Of a DNA stretch of 63,877 nucleotides, positions 1-8,622 are shown in pieces (position 1 is the first letter of the stretch; every line of letters starts with the position of its first letter). Source of the DNA: an uncultured Alphaproteobacteria bacterium (GTDB taxonomy: Bacteria; Pseudomonadota; Alphaproteobacteria; CAAHEQ01; UBA3637); contig CALARE010000092.1 of the NCBI GenBank assembly GCA_937888725.1, positions 1-63,877 of the forward strand. The letters run 5' to 3'. The position numbers and the translations under genes were made by a program. The notes below the pieces were generated by a model. It did not search any database. It was not told the DNA's origin and saw only the letters and a list, made by a program, of their open reading frames with translations.

Positions 1-61
1 CAAGCACCGCTTTTTGCTGTGCTATATCAAGATTAGAATTAATATAAAAAATATGTTGCAT
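1..61 (-). CDS. 5' end of a CDS running off the left edge (MQHIFYINSNLDIAQQKAVL...); possibly a UvrD/Rep/PcrA-type helicase
   Basis: ATG at 61..59 is preceded by AGGAAAAAAG (rc of 62..71). The LDxxQxxAV N-terminus resembles UvrD-family starts. Only 20 codons are visible. Confidence 0.3.
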   Translation of the reverse strand, partial: MQHIFYINSNLDIAQQKAVL

Positions 62-81
62 CTTTTTTCCTATACACATTT

Positions 82-242
82 TGTAAAAAAAAGGGTCGTT
101 TAATTTTCCCACTTTTTTGGCTTGTACTTTTTTTAGTGGGCGAAATAGGTAATCCTATGAAATTTTTTATATTTTTGAAAAATAAGCTTGAAATATCTAT
201 GTATGTGTGATATAGGAAAATTAAACGACCCTTTTTTTTACA
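82..242. repeat. Element A: ~161-bp unit bounded by perfect 28-bp inverted repeats
   Basis: 82..109 TGTAAAAAAAAGGGTCGTTTAATTTTCC is the exact reverse complement of 215..242. A diverged second copy lies at 63495..63658. Confidence 0.85.
188..216 (+). promoter_or_regulatory. sigma70-like promoter inside element A (TTGAAA-N17-TGa-TATAGG)
   Basis: -35 TTGAAA at 188..193, 17-nt spacer ending in TGA, -10 TATAGG at 211..216. It occupies the same position relative to the right arm as the stronger promoter in element B. Confidence 0.3.
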
Positions 243-282
243 CGCTTTTTATTTCGAATAATTGCTTGATTTTAAATAAAAA

Positions 283-312
283 AAAGAGGCTTTTTGTAAA
301 GCCTCTTTTTTC
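283..312. terminator. Bidirectional intrinsic terminator
   Basis: Perfect 11-bp hairpin AAAGAGGCTTT-TTGT-AAAGCCTCTTT (283..308) flanked by an A-run upstream and a T-run downstream. It lies 19 nt past the stop of the minus-strand gene ending at 331. Confidence 0.8.
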
Positions 313-330
313 TCTTGGAGTTAATTAATT

Positions 331-2715
331 TTAATGTTTGTAAATACTTCCAAAAACACTGGGTGTTTGAGGTTGTGAAAGTGCTATTTCAACATCACTT
401 TGGGAAGTATGCCGTGGTTGATTGCCAAGTGGCAATAAAAGAGGTTTCTTTTGGCTACGTTGAGATGTTTCCTTTGTTGTTGGTAATCCCAATGCTTGAC
501 GTAACGCATTTTCAACCTTAACAGGGCTTATATTTGCCTCCTCCTGTGGTGTTGTTGTGTAACTTGCTACATTTTTAACAGCACTATAATATGTTGGATA
601 TTCAATAATCACCGTTTTAACCATCTGGCGTGTTACGCTTCCATCACTATGATAAATAACATCTAGGTTTGAGAAACGTTCTTCACGACGCAGTTCTTGA
701 TTTTGAGGCATTCTATCATTTTGTACCACTTGTATTGGTTTAAGTGGTGAGTGCATATATTGTTGTGGTGTATTATAACCTGTTTGTGGTCGTATGCCTT
801 TGCTTTGAATAGGTTGATAAATTGTACCCGCGTTACGTTGTGCGAAGGAGCGTTGTTGATATTTTCTTAAATCTTCTTTTAAAAGTTCTAATTCTCTGAC
901 AAGTTCTTTTTGTAAAGCGAGAGTTTGTCTTGATAATTCTTGTTCTCTTGCAATGATACGACGTTGATTTTCTATGACATCTTGAGATGCTTTTAATTCA
1001 GCTGTCAAAGCATTGCGTTGATCTTCAAGTGCTTTTTTTAATAAATTACGTTCTTCTTCCAACAATTTAATGGCGGCATTTTGACGTACAATAATTTTAC
1101 CAGCATCTGTTTTTGTTTTTTCTAAATCAATACGCAGTTGTGTTAACTCAATTTGTAATGCTTCATTTTTCTTACGTTCATTTGCCAAATCTTCTTGTAC
1201 TTTGTTTGAAATAACTTGTTCAAATGCAGTGTCTAAAGATTCTTTTGCCTCCTCTAATTGCGAATCGATTTTTGTGTTATCGACTTGTGGATTAGATTCT
1301 ATTTTCTCTGTTTCAAGAACGGGGATTGCATCGTTTGATGCTGTTGCTTTTTCATTCACATCCTTTGATGCTGCCTCTTTATCAGCTTCTGCTTGTGCAA
1401 CTTGCAATTGTGTAAGTGTAGCATCTATAGCAACATCGTTTTTTTGATTTGTTGCATTTTCAATGAAATTAGATTCTGGTTCTTTTTTTGCAGGATAAAC
1501 AATGCTTTTATCCGTATTATTTTCTTTCATATTTTCATTTTTAGAGGTTTTATGACTGTCTTTATCAGCCTTTTTTGCAGCCTCATCTGCCCAAGGTAGA
1601 ATCTTGATAATAGAAATCTCACTTGGTGCTAAAAACCGCATTTGAGGTCCCCATTGCCCACATCCGCGTGTTACATAAAGCATTGTATTTGATTCTTCAT
1701 AAAGTCCAGCTAAATAACCATTTTGTATTTTTGATAATATATGAAATGGGAAAATTTGACCGCCATGGGTGTGTGCTGCAATGACAAGGTCAATGACGCC
1801 TTCTTTTAATGATTTTACAATAGTTGGTCGATGCGAAACAAGGATTTTGAAATTGCTGATATCAGCGGCTTTGAAAGCTTTTTCCAAATCGATAGTTTCA
1901 TTAATTTGTTTTGCAGTATTGATATCAGGAATACCTGCTAAATAAACATTGTGATCCAACACAAGTCCATCATTGAACAAATAGGTAATGCCAGCATTTG
2001 TTAAAGCATCACGTGCAGCATCATTCCCCTTTACAATTTCATGATTACCTGCTGTCGCATAAATACCAAGCGGTGCTTTTAAATTTTTAAGTTCATCAAG
2101 ATGTGGTTGAATGTAAACGATGCTATCGTCAATTGTATCTCCTGGGAAAAGGATGACATCAGGTGCAATTTTGTTTGTGATTTCAACCATTTTTGCAACT
2201 TTATTCTTACTTAACGTTCTGTTGATATGCATATCGCTTAACACCGCTATGGTGATTGGTTTTTGAATTTTATCAGAAATTAAGACAGTTTCTTTTACAT
2301 CTGGTGTTTTAAGACCAGCATAAAGGCTATAAATACAGATAGAAAGGGACAAAATAAATAAGACACGATTCGTTTTGGTTAAAAAATCAGGTTTGTGCCA
2401 TTTAAAACGAGGTGTTTCAACCTTTTTAAGTTTTTCTTTAATGCATAAAACAGCCCAAATAATATCTCTTATGAATATGAGGCAAAAGAAAAGTGCCATG
2501 ACAATAAAACAAAAGTAGGCACTTGTATAAAAGAAACTATAAAATCCACCCGATAAATCCCCTTTGTTTTTTAAAAATAATGGGAGAAGGAAGATTGCAA
2601 TAAACAATAAGGAAATTAAAATTTTGTGCTTACGCGGGCGTGAACTTTGTCCAATAACACGATAACTTGTGTAAAACGCACAAAAAAGACAAATACTTAA
2701 AATTATAGAACCCAT
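331..2715 (-). CDS. Membrane-anchored calcineurin-like metallophosphoesterase (YaeI/YkuE-like) with a ~400-aa coiled-coil and Q/P-rich C-terminal extension
   Basis: Several N-terminal hydrophobic helices are followed by phosphoesterase motifs LSDMHIN, FPGDTIDD, AGNHE and AAHTHGGQ. The C-terminal half is heptad-like (ELTQLRIDLEKTK..., LLEEERNLLKKALEDQRNAL...). Confidence 0.8.
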   Translation of the reverse strand: MGSIILSICLFCAFYTSYRVIGQSSRPRKHKILISLLFIAIFLLPLFLKNKGDLSGGFYSFFYTSAYFCFIVMALFFCLIFIRDIIWAVLCIKEKLKKVETPRFKWHKPDFLTKTNRVLFILSLSICIYSLYAGLKTPDVKETVLISDKIQKPITIAVLSDMHINRTLSKNKVAKMVEITNKIAPDVILFPGDTIDDSIVYIQPHLDELKNLKAPLGIYATAGNHEIVKGNDAARDALTNAGITYLFNDGLVLDHNVYLAGIPDINTAKQINETIDLEKAFKAADISNFKILVSHRPTIVKSLKEGVIDLVIAAHTHGGQIFPFHILSKIQNGYLAGLYEESNTMLYVTRGCGQWGPQMRFLAPSEISIIKILPWADEAAKKADKDSHKTSKNENMKENNTDKSIVYPAKKEPESNFIENATNQKNDVAIDATLTQLQVAQAEADKEAASKDVNEKATASNDAIPVLETEKIESNPQVDNTKIDSQLEEAKESLDTAFEQVISNKVQEDLANERKKNEALQIELTQLRIDLEKTKTDAGKIIVRQNAAIKLLEEERNLLKKALEDQRNALTAELKASQDVIENQRRIIAREQELSRQTLALQKELVRELELLKEDLRKYQQRSFAQRNAGTIYQPIQSKGIRPQTGYNTPQQYMHSPLKPIQVVQNDRMPQNQELRREERFSNLDVIYHSDGSVTRQMVKTVIIEYPTYYSAVKNVASYTTTPQEEANISPVKVENALRQALGLPTTKETSQRSQKKPLLLPLGNQPRHTSQSDVEIALSQPQTPSVFGSIYKH

Positions 2716-2884
2716 TTTGTCACTCCTTTATTAAAAAAGTTTTTATGAAGTTACTATACACGAAAAAAAATAAAAAATAAAGTAATTTTTTTATAATTTA
2801 AAAGAAAAAATAGACATATATTTAAAATACAATAAAATGTGTTTAATTTATATAGAATTTATTATAATAAGTGATGTGTCGAGT

Positions 2885-4564
2885 TTAAAAATTTTCTTCT
2901 TCGATTTCGTCTTTTTTGGGTTCTTTAATTCGTCCAATTTGAGCTTTTGGAAAGACGCTTAAAACACTTTTAAGAGGTTCTGTCCTTTTTAAATCTTCAA
3001 TGACAAGACCAGTTTTAGCCTCTTTGTCTTCTTTTAGCGTGTTTGATTTGGCATCTTGTTGAATACTAATTTCCCATTGAATGCCAGTTTGTACAGTTAA
3101 AAATTTAGCCAACTCAGCACTAAAACCACGCGGCGAATCAGCTGTAAATGAACAAACAAGTCTCCCTTTTTCAATTTGAATAGGGCGAATATATGTTTCA
3201 ATATTAAAAGCAAGAAGACGTTCTTTTGCCTCTTTTGCAAGGTTTGAAATATCTTTAAGTGTTTTGATTTTGTCAGGGTCAAATAATGTTTTTGAAGTGG
3301 TTGGCACTTTTTGTGGTTGTATAACGTTTTGAATGGGTGCAACCTGAGGTGTCTGAATTGATTGTTTTTCAGACGGAAATACGGGTGTGTTATTGCCCGC
3401 TAAAGTGTTTTTTTTTATGTCAGATATAATGGTGTTTAGTGAGGGTAGTTCACTTAAAAAAGCAAGTCGAATTAACAGCATCTCCAATGCAATGAGTGGA
3501 TTGTCGGCTAATTTAACTTCATTAATTCCTTTTAATAAAATTTGCCATGTGCTTGTTAGTGTTGCCATTGAGAGTGTGTTAGCCAGCTCTTTCCCTTTTG
3601 TTCGTTCAGCTTCAGGTATTGTGTTATCATTGGCTAATTCAGGGATGATTTTAATCCTTGTCAACCAATGTGTCAGAGAGAGCAAATCTTGAGCCGTCAT
3701 CATCGGATCGCTACCTGCTGAATATTGAATTTGTAAATAATCAAGTGCTGTTTTTATGTCACCTTTCATTAATGCAGTATAAAGGTCAAACAAACTAGTG
3801 CGATCAGTAACACCCAGCATTTGACGGATATCGTCTGTTTTTAGATTATAATTAAATTGGGTCATTGCTTGATCCAATAATGATAAGGAGTCACGGCATG
3901 AACCATCACCAGCTCTTGCGATTAAACGTAAAGCATCTTCTTGAGCTTCAATCCCTTCTTTTTGTGCAATAGACATTAGGTGTTTTGTTAGCAAATCCTC
4001 ATCTAATCTTTTTAAATCAAAACGTTGACATCTTGATAAAATCGTAATAGGAACTTTTCGAATCTCAGTCGTAGCGAGAATAAATTTAATCCGTTCTGGT
4101 GGTTCTTCAAGCGTTTTTAATAATGCATTGAAGGCTGCTTTTGAAAGCATGTGAACTTCGTCAATAATATAAATCTTAAATCGTGCTGAAACAGGGTTGT
4201 ATTTAGCACTTTCAATAATTTCACGAATATTATCAACACCTGTATTGCTGGCAGCATCAATTTCAATTACATCAATATGCGAATCCGCGGCAATTTCTTG
4301 ACAATGTTTACAAACACCACAAGGATTTGGCGTCATTGACCCATTACCATCAGGCCCAATACAATTTAGTCCCTTGGCAATAATACGAGCAGAACTTGTT
4401 TTTCCAACACCACGAATCCCCGTGAGCATATAAGCATGCGCCAATCGATTGTGTTCAATAGCATTTGTAATCGTTTGTACGAGTGCATCTTGACCGACTA
4501 AATCATTAAAAACTTGCGGTCTATATTTTCTAGCTAAAACGTGTGATGAATTTTTCATACGCAA
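2885..4564 (-). CDS. dnaX: DNA polymerase III subunit tau/gamma
   Basis: RKYRPQVF start, Walker A GIRGVGKTSSARI, zinc module CGVCKHCQEI, Walker B IYIIDEVHML, sensor SRCQRF; 559 aa. Confidence 0.95.
   Translation of the reverse strand: MRMKNSSHVLARKYRPQVFNDLVGQDALVQTITNAIEHNRLAHAYMLTGIRGVGKTSSARIIAKGLNCIGPDGNGSMTPNPCGVCKHCQEIAADSHIDVIEIDAASNTGVDNIREIIESAKYNPVSARFKIYIIDEVHMLSKAAFNALLKTLEEPPERIKFILATTEIRKVPITILSRCQRFDLKRLDEDLLTKHLMSIAQKEGIEAQEDALRLIARAGDGSCRDSLSLLDQAMTQFNYNLKTDDIRQMLGVTDRTSLFDLYTALMKGDIKTALDYLQIQYSAGSDPMMTAQDLLSLTHWLTRIKIIPELANDNTIPEAERTKGKELANTLSMATLTSTWQILLKGINEVKLADNPLIALEMLLIRLAFLSELPSLNTIISDIKKNTLAGNNTPVFPSEKQSIQTPQVAPIQNVIQPQKVPTTSKTLFDPDKIKTLKDISNLAKEAKERLLAFNIETYIRPIQIEKGRLVCSFTADSPRGFSAELAKFLTVQTGIQWEISIQQDAKSNTLKEDKEAKTGLVIEDLKRTEPLKSVLSVFPKAQIGRIKEPKKDEIEEENF
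3408..3416 (-). other. A9 homopolymer inside dnaX (codons I383-K384-K385-N386); candidate slippage site for a gamma-like product
   Basis: T9 on the + strand. Both alternative frames hit stops within 3-7 codons (see finding). Confidence 0.4.
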
Positions 4565-4644
4565 ATCCTTTTAAATTTGCTGGGATAATAGCATATTTAT
4601 GCCTTTGGGTCAAGTGTCTACAATAAAAAGTTTAAAATTCTTTA

Positions 4645-5043
4645 TTACCCATTGTTGGTTAATGATAAAATTCTTTCAACCATGGCGTAAAAACCGTTTC
4701 TTCTTGTTGGTGAAAGGTGATCTTCAAGACCGAGTTTTTTAAAAATTTCCAACAAATTTAAATTTTGAATTTCTGATGCTGTTTTTCCATTAATTAGTGT
4801 TAGCAAAATAGCCTCTAGCCCACGAACAATAACAGCATCGCTGGTGGCATTAAAAAAATGTTTGTTATTTTCTGTGTAATGTGAAAACCAAACTGATGAC
4901 ATACAACCATCGACCTTATTTTGAGGGATTTTATCTTCTTCAATAAATGGAGGAAGTTGTTCACCAAGCTCAATAATATAACGATATTTATCTTCCCAAT
5001 TTTCAAGGTATGAAAAATTTTCAATGAGTTCTTCTGCTGTCAT
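4645..5043 (-). CDS. sufE: Cysteine desulfuration protein SufE
   Basis: 132 aa; ENWEDKYRYIIELG and active-site motif DGCMSSVW. Confidence 0.85.
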   Translation of the reverse strand: MTAEELIENFSYLENWEDKYRYIIELGEQLPPFIEEDKIPQNKVDGCMSSVWFSHYTENNKHFFNATSDAVIVRGLEAILLTLINGKTASEIQNLNLLEIFKKLGLEDHLSPTRRNGFYAMVERILSLTNNG

Positions 5044-5052
5044 TTTTATATT

Positions 5053-5262
5053 CTACTGATCTTTTTCGGCATCTTCGGGTGAAAGTTGCTCCATATCACT
5101 TTCTAATGCTGCGGCTGGTACTTCTTGTTCTATTTCAATTTGTTGTTGTTCTTGTTGCGAAGGTGTGTCTGTATAAACAGGTTTTTCTTTTTCTTTTGTT
5201 AGTCTATGTGCAAAAAATATTAAGATAACAATTAAAATTGCAGCAAGAATTTTTCTAATCAT
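5053..5262 (-). CDS. Small membrane-anchored acidic protein, function unknown
   Basis: N-terminal TM helix (ILAAILIVILIFFA) followed by a Q/E-rich tail. It ends 9 nt upstream of sufE on the same strand. Confidence 0.5.
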   Translation of the reverse strand: MIRKILAAILIVILIFFAHRLTKEKEKPVYTDTPSQQEQQQIEIEQEVPAAALESDMEQLSPEDAEKDQ

Positions 5263-5366
5263 GTTTTTATCCCTTTTGAAAAAAATTAAAGATGGGAAGT
5301 TGTTTTCTTTATATTCAGATGAAAAAAAAATAAAATCAAGGTTTTTCTTTTCTTTTTTTTTATTTT

Positions 5367-6074
5367 ATGTTAAAGTGTTTCAAAATGAAGTGGAATTTGA
5401 TATATTTAGATAGGACGACAAGTACGAATGATGTGGCAAAATCGTTGCCATTTCTTTCGGTTGTGGTTGCGAGGGAACAGACAAAAGGGCGTGGACGATA
5501 TGCTCGTAATTGGGTGAGTGAACCTGATAATTTGTTTTTTTCTGTTGTTTTAAAGGAATTTGGTGTTAAAACGCATTTATTGTCATTTGTTGTGGCAATT
5601 AGCGTGGCTGAAAGTTTAGCGTCATTAGCTGCTAAAATAAAATGGCCAAATGATATATTGATTAATGGCAAAAAAGTGGCTGGTATTTTGCTTGAACTTT
5701 TTGATGATAAGGTAATCGTTGGCATTGGTATTAATACAATGCAAATGCCCAAGGGGGATTTTGTATATCCTGTTGGTTGTTTAGATGGGGCTATAACAAA
5801 TGAAATTCTTTTGAATAATATTTTAAATAATTTATCTAACAATATAAAGATATTTGAAGAAAATGGATTTGAAAAAATTAGAGAGAAATGGTTGGGTTTT
5901 GCTTTAGGATTGGGAGAAGAAATAGTTGTAAAACTTCCCAAAAATATATATGAGGGGATATTTGAAGATATGACCAATGATGGGGCAATCCAGTTGAAAA
6001 TGAAAGATTTATCCTGCAAATATATAACCGCAGGTGATGTATTTTTATTAAATGAAGGAAAAAATAATGAATGA
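5367..6074 (+). CDS. birA: Biotin--[acetyl-CoA-carboxylase] ligase (group I, no HTH domain)
   Basis: GRGRYARNW biotin-binding loop and KWPNDILINGKKVAGIL. The start could be the internal ATG at 5385. Confidence 0.85.
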   Translation: MLKCFKMKWNLIYLDRTTSTNDVAKSLPFLSVVVAREQTKGRGRYARNWVSEPDNLFFSVVLKEFGVKTHLLSFVVAISVAESLASLAAKIKWPNDILINGKKVAGILLELFDDKVIVGIGINTMQMPKGDFVYPVGCLDGAITNEILLNNILNNLSNNIKIFEENGFEKIREKWLGFALGLGEEIVVKLPKNIYEGIFEDMTNDGAIQLKMKDLSCKYITAGDVFLLNEGKNNE

Positions 6075-7740
6075 AGATTTAGAAGAAATTATCATCCCAA
6101 AAGATAAATTGGTGTTTGTTCCAATTGGTGGTGCAACAGGTGTTGGGATGAATTGTTTTGCCTATGGATATCAAGGTAAATGGCTTGTTGTTGATTTGGG
6201 TGTTGGTTTTCCTGGCGATGGATTGCCTGGGGTTGATGTCTTATTGCCTGATGTCTCGTTTTTAGAAACGCATAAAAAAGATATTGTTGGTCTTGTCATT
6301 ACACACGGACATGAAGACCATATTGGTGCTGTTGGTAGGTTGTGGCGATCATTGCAATGTCCTATTTATTTGTCGGCCTTTGCCAATGAGTTATTGGAAA
6401 GTAAAATGGTTGAGGCTGGATTACTCGGTCGGGCGGATATTCATGTGTGTGAATTAGATTCTGAAATTGAGTTGGCGCCATTTGAAATAGAATTTATCTC
6501 GATGAGCCACTCAATTCCAGAGGCAAATGCACTTAAAATTAAGACAAAAAAAGGCGTTGTTGTACATACAGGAGATTGGAAATTGTCACCCGATCCTGTT
6601 TTGGGGCAAAAAACAAATGAAAAGCGGTTAAAAGCTATTGGAAAGGAAGGTGTTTTAGCACTTGTTTGTGATTCAACAAATGTATTTAGTCCTGAAACAG
6701 AGTTAACAGAAAGTGATGTTAAAAAAGAACTTGAAAAATTAATTGCTACATTTGATGGACGGCAAGTAGCGGTGGCTTGTTTTGCATCAAATGTCAGCCG
6801 TGTTAAAAGTATTTATCATGCCGCAAAGGTAAATGGGCGTGAAGTGTGCCTTATGGGGCGTAGTTTGTGGCGAATGGATGCAGCGGCTCGAGCTTGTGGT
6901 TATTTTGATGATGTGCCAGAATTTTTATCAGAGTCAGAAGCGTTGGAGCGGCCTGTTGGTTCAGTATTATATATTTGTACTGGCTCGCAAGGTGAACCCA
7001 GATCAGCATTAAGTAATTTGTCTGCACTAACACCACAAAAAAATTCGGTGTTTTTTGGCCCAGGTGATGTTGTTGTTTTTTCATCAAGAATTATTCCTGG
7101 AAATGAAAAGGCTATTGCTTTATTGCAAAAACGGTTTAAAACAAAAGAGGTTCAAATTGTAACAAATAAAGATGCAAATATTCATGTATCTGGTCATTTT
7201 TCTGGTAAAGAGCTTCAGCAAATGTACAAGTGGATTAAACCTAAAATTGCGTTGCCAGTTCATGGGGAGGCTAGGGAGCTGAATGAACATGTGAGATTAG
7301 CGTTGCAATGGGGGGCAAAATATGCTTATGCATTAGAAGATGGTGATGTTCTTGTCTTGGAGGATAATCCTGAGAAAATTGGGCAAGTTGAAAATGGTAT
7401 TCTTGCTGTCGATGGTAAGAAAATTTTATCATTGGGTGCAGAAGTTATTCGCAAACGGCGTAAAATGATTGAAGATGGAACAATGGTTGTAACGCTTGTT
7501 TTGAATTCAGAAAATGAAGTTCTTGGTCAGCCTAAAATATCATCTTTCGGCTTAATTGAAGATGGGGGTGAGGATGAGATGCGTTTAAAAAATGAAATTG
7601 TTGCTGATGTAAAAGCTTTGCAATCAGATATTGTTCGTGATGATTTGGTTGAAAATGCAATTAGAACAGCTGTCCGTCGTTTTTTAAAAGAGTTTTATGG
7701 GAAAAAGCCTTTAATTGAGGTGCATTTGGTTCGCGTGTGA
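6052..7740 (+). CDS. rnj: Ribonuclease J (metallo-beta-lactamase/beta-CASP)
   Basis: HGHEDHIG motif, HTGDWK, VHGEARE; 562 aa. Confidence 0.9.
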   Translation: MKEKIMNEDLEEIIIPKDKLVFVPIGGATGVGMNCFAYGYQGKWLVVDLGVGFPGDGLPGVDVLLPDVSFLETHKKDIVGLVITHGHEDHIGAVGRLWRSLQCPIYLSAFANELLESKMVEAGLLGRADIHVCELDSEIELAPFEIEFISMSHSIPEANALKIKTKKGVVVHTGDWKLSPDPVLGQKTNEKRLKAIGKEGVLALVCDSTNVFSPETELTESDVKKELEKLIATFDGRQVAVACFASNVSRVKSIYHAAKVNGREVCLMGRSLWRMDAAARACGYFDDVPEFLSESEALERPVGSVLYICTGSQGEPRSALSNLSALTPQKNSVFFGPGDVVVFSSRIIPGNEKAIALLQKRFKTKEVQIVTNKDANIHVSGHFSGKELQQMYKWIKPKIALPVHGEARELNEHVRLALQWGAKYAYALEDGDVLVLEDNPEKIGQVENGILAVDGKKILSLGAEVIRKRRKMIEDGTMVVTLVLNSENEVLGQPKISSFGLIEDGGEDEMRLKNEIVADVKALQSDIVRDDLVENAIRTAVRRFLKEFYGKKPLIEVHLVRV

Positions 7741-7814
7741 TAAAAAAAGGGGCTTGCGAAAAAAAATAAAAGGTGTTACTTTAAAAAGACGATATGTTAT
7801 AAAAAGGAGTATAC

Positions 7815-8621
7815 ATGACTGAAAAATATAATGTAATTTGTATCAAATGGGGTGGTTATTATAAGGCTAAGGATGTGAATAACCTTTGTTCAATGATAAA
7901 AAGAAACACTCGTTTTGATATTGATTTTTATTGTTTTACAGAAGATGGCTCTGGTTTAAATGAAGATGTTATTGTGAAACCGTTACCTGAATTTCAAAAT
8001 ATTAAAAAGGGTGAGGAAGAATATACAAAAAAATATGCTTATCGTAAAGAAGCTGGTCTATGTGATGATGAACTGGGTGGTCTTGCTGGGCAACGTGTTT
8101 TCTTTTTTGATTTAGACTCTTTGATTGTTGGTAATTTAGATGAATTTTTTATGTATCCACAAGATGAAAAGTTTTATATCATCAATGATTGGCATACAAA
8201 TGGTAACCATGTTGGACAAGCAAGTTGTTATTCTTGGGTTGTTGGAACGCTTGGATTTGTTAAAAAATATTTTGAGGAGCATCCCAAAGAGGTTGTTGAC
8301 AAATTTTATACCGCTTCACAAGAGTATTTATCATCAAAAGTGATTGAAAAGTGGGGGAGTTTAAATTTTTGGCCAGAAAATTGGTTTAAAAGTTTTCGTT
8401 TCCACTGTTTGCCATTTCCTTTGTTTCGATATTTTGTTGCACCTAAAATGCCAAAGGTTGATGGGATGAAAATGATTGCATTTCATGGCAATCCAGGGTT
8501 ACAAGATGCGATTAATGGTATTTGGTGCTCAAATCCGAATGATCGAAAATATCCAAGAGGGTATAAAAAGCTTTATAAACATGTGTTGCCATCAGAATGG
8601 ATTTTAGATTATTGGAAATAG
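7815..8621 (+). CDS. Putative glycosyltransferase (conserved IKWGxxY...V..L N-terminus)
   Basis: The VICIKWGGYYKAKDVNNL start matches, from my memory only, a family usually annotated as glycosyltransferase. The next gene (GT52-like) starts 1 nt after its stop. Confidence 0.35.
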   Translation: MTEKYNVICIKWGGYYKAKDVNNLCSMIKRNTRFDIDFYCFTEDGSGLNEDVIVKPLPEFQNIKKGEEEYTKKYAYRKEAGLCDDELGGLAGQRVFFFDLDSLIVGNLDEFFMYPQDEKFYIINDWHTNGNHVGQASCYSWVVGTLGFVKKYFEEHPKEVVDKFYTASQEYLSSKVIEKWGSLNFWPENWFKSFRFHCLPFPLFRYFVAPKMPKVDGMKMIAFHGNPGLQDAINGIWCSNPNDRKYPRGYKKLYKHVLPSEWILDYWK

Positions 8622-8622
8622 T

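Noticed and set aside
315-521. 68-aa plus-strand ORF at the 3' end of the phosphoesterase gene
   Set aside because: It is antisense to the long minus-strand CDS and begins inside the terminator hairpin region, with no RBS.
3387-3692. 101-aa plus-strand ORF and the 81-aa minus-strand ORF at 3097..3342 within dnaX
   Set aside because: They are shadow or out-of-frame ORFs inside a well-supported dnaX reading frame.
5360-6019. 219-aa minus-strand ORF covering most of birA
   Set aside because: It is antisense to a CDS with clear BirA motifs. Its translation is low-complexity and Ser/Ile/Phe-rich with no motif, typical of a shadow ORF in AT-rich DNA.
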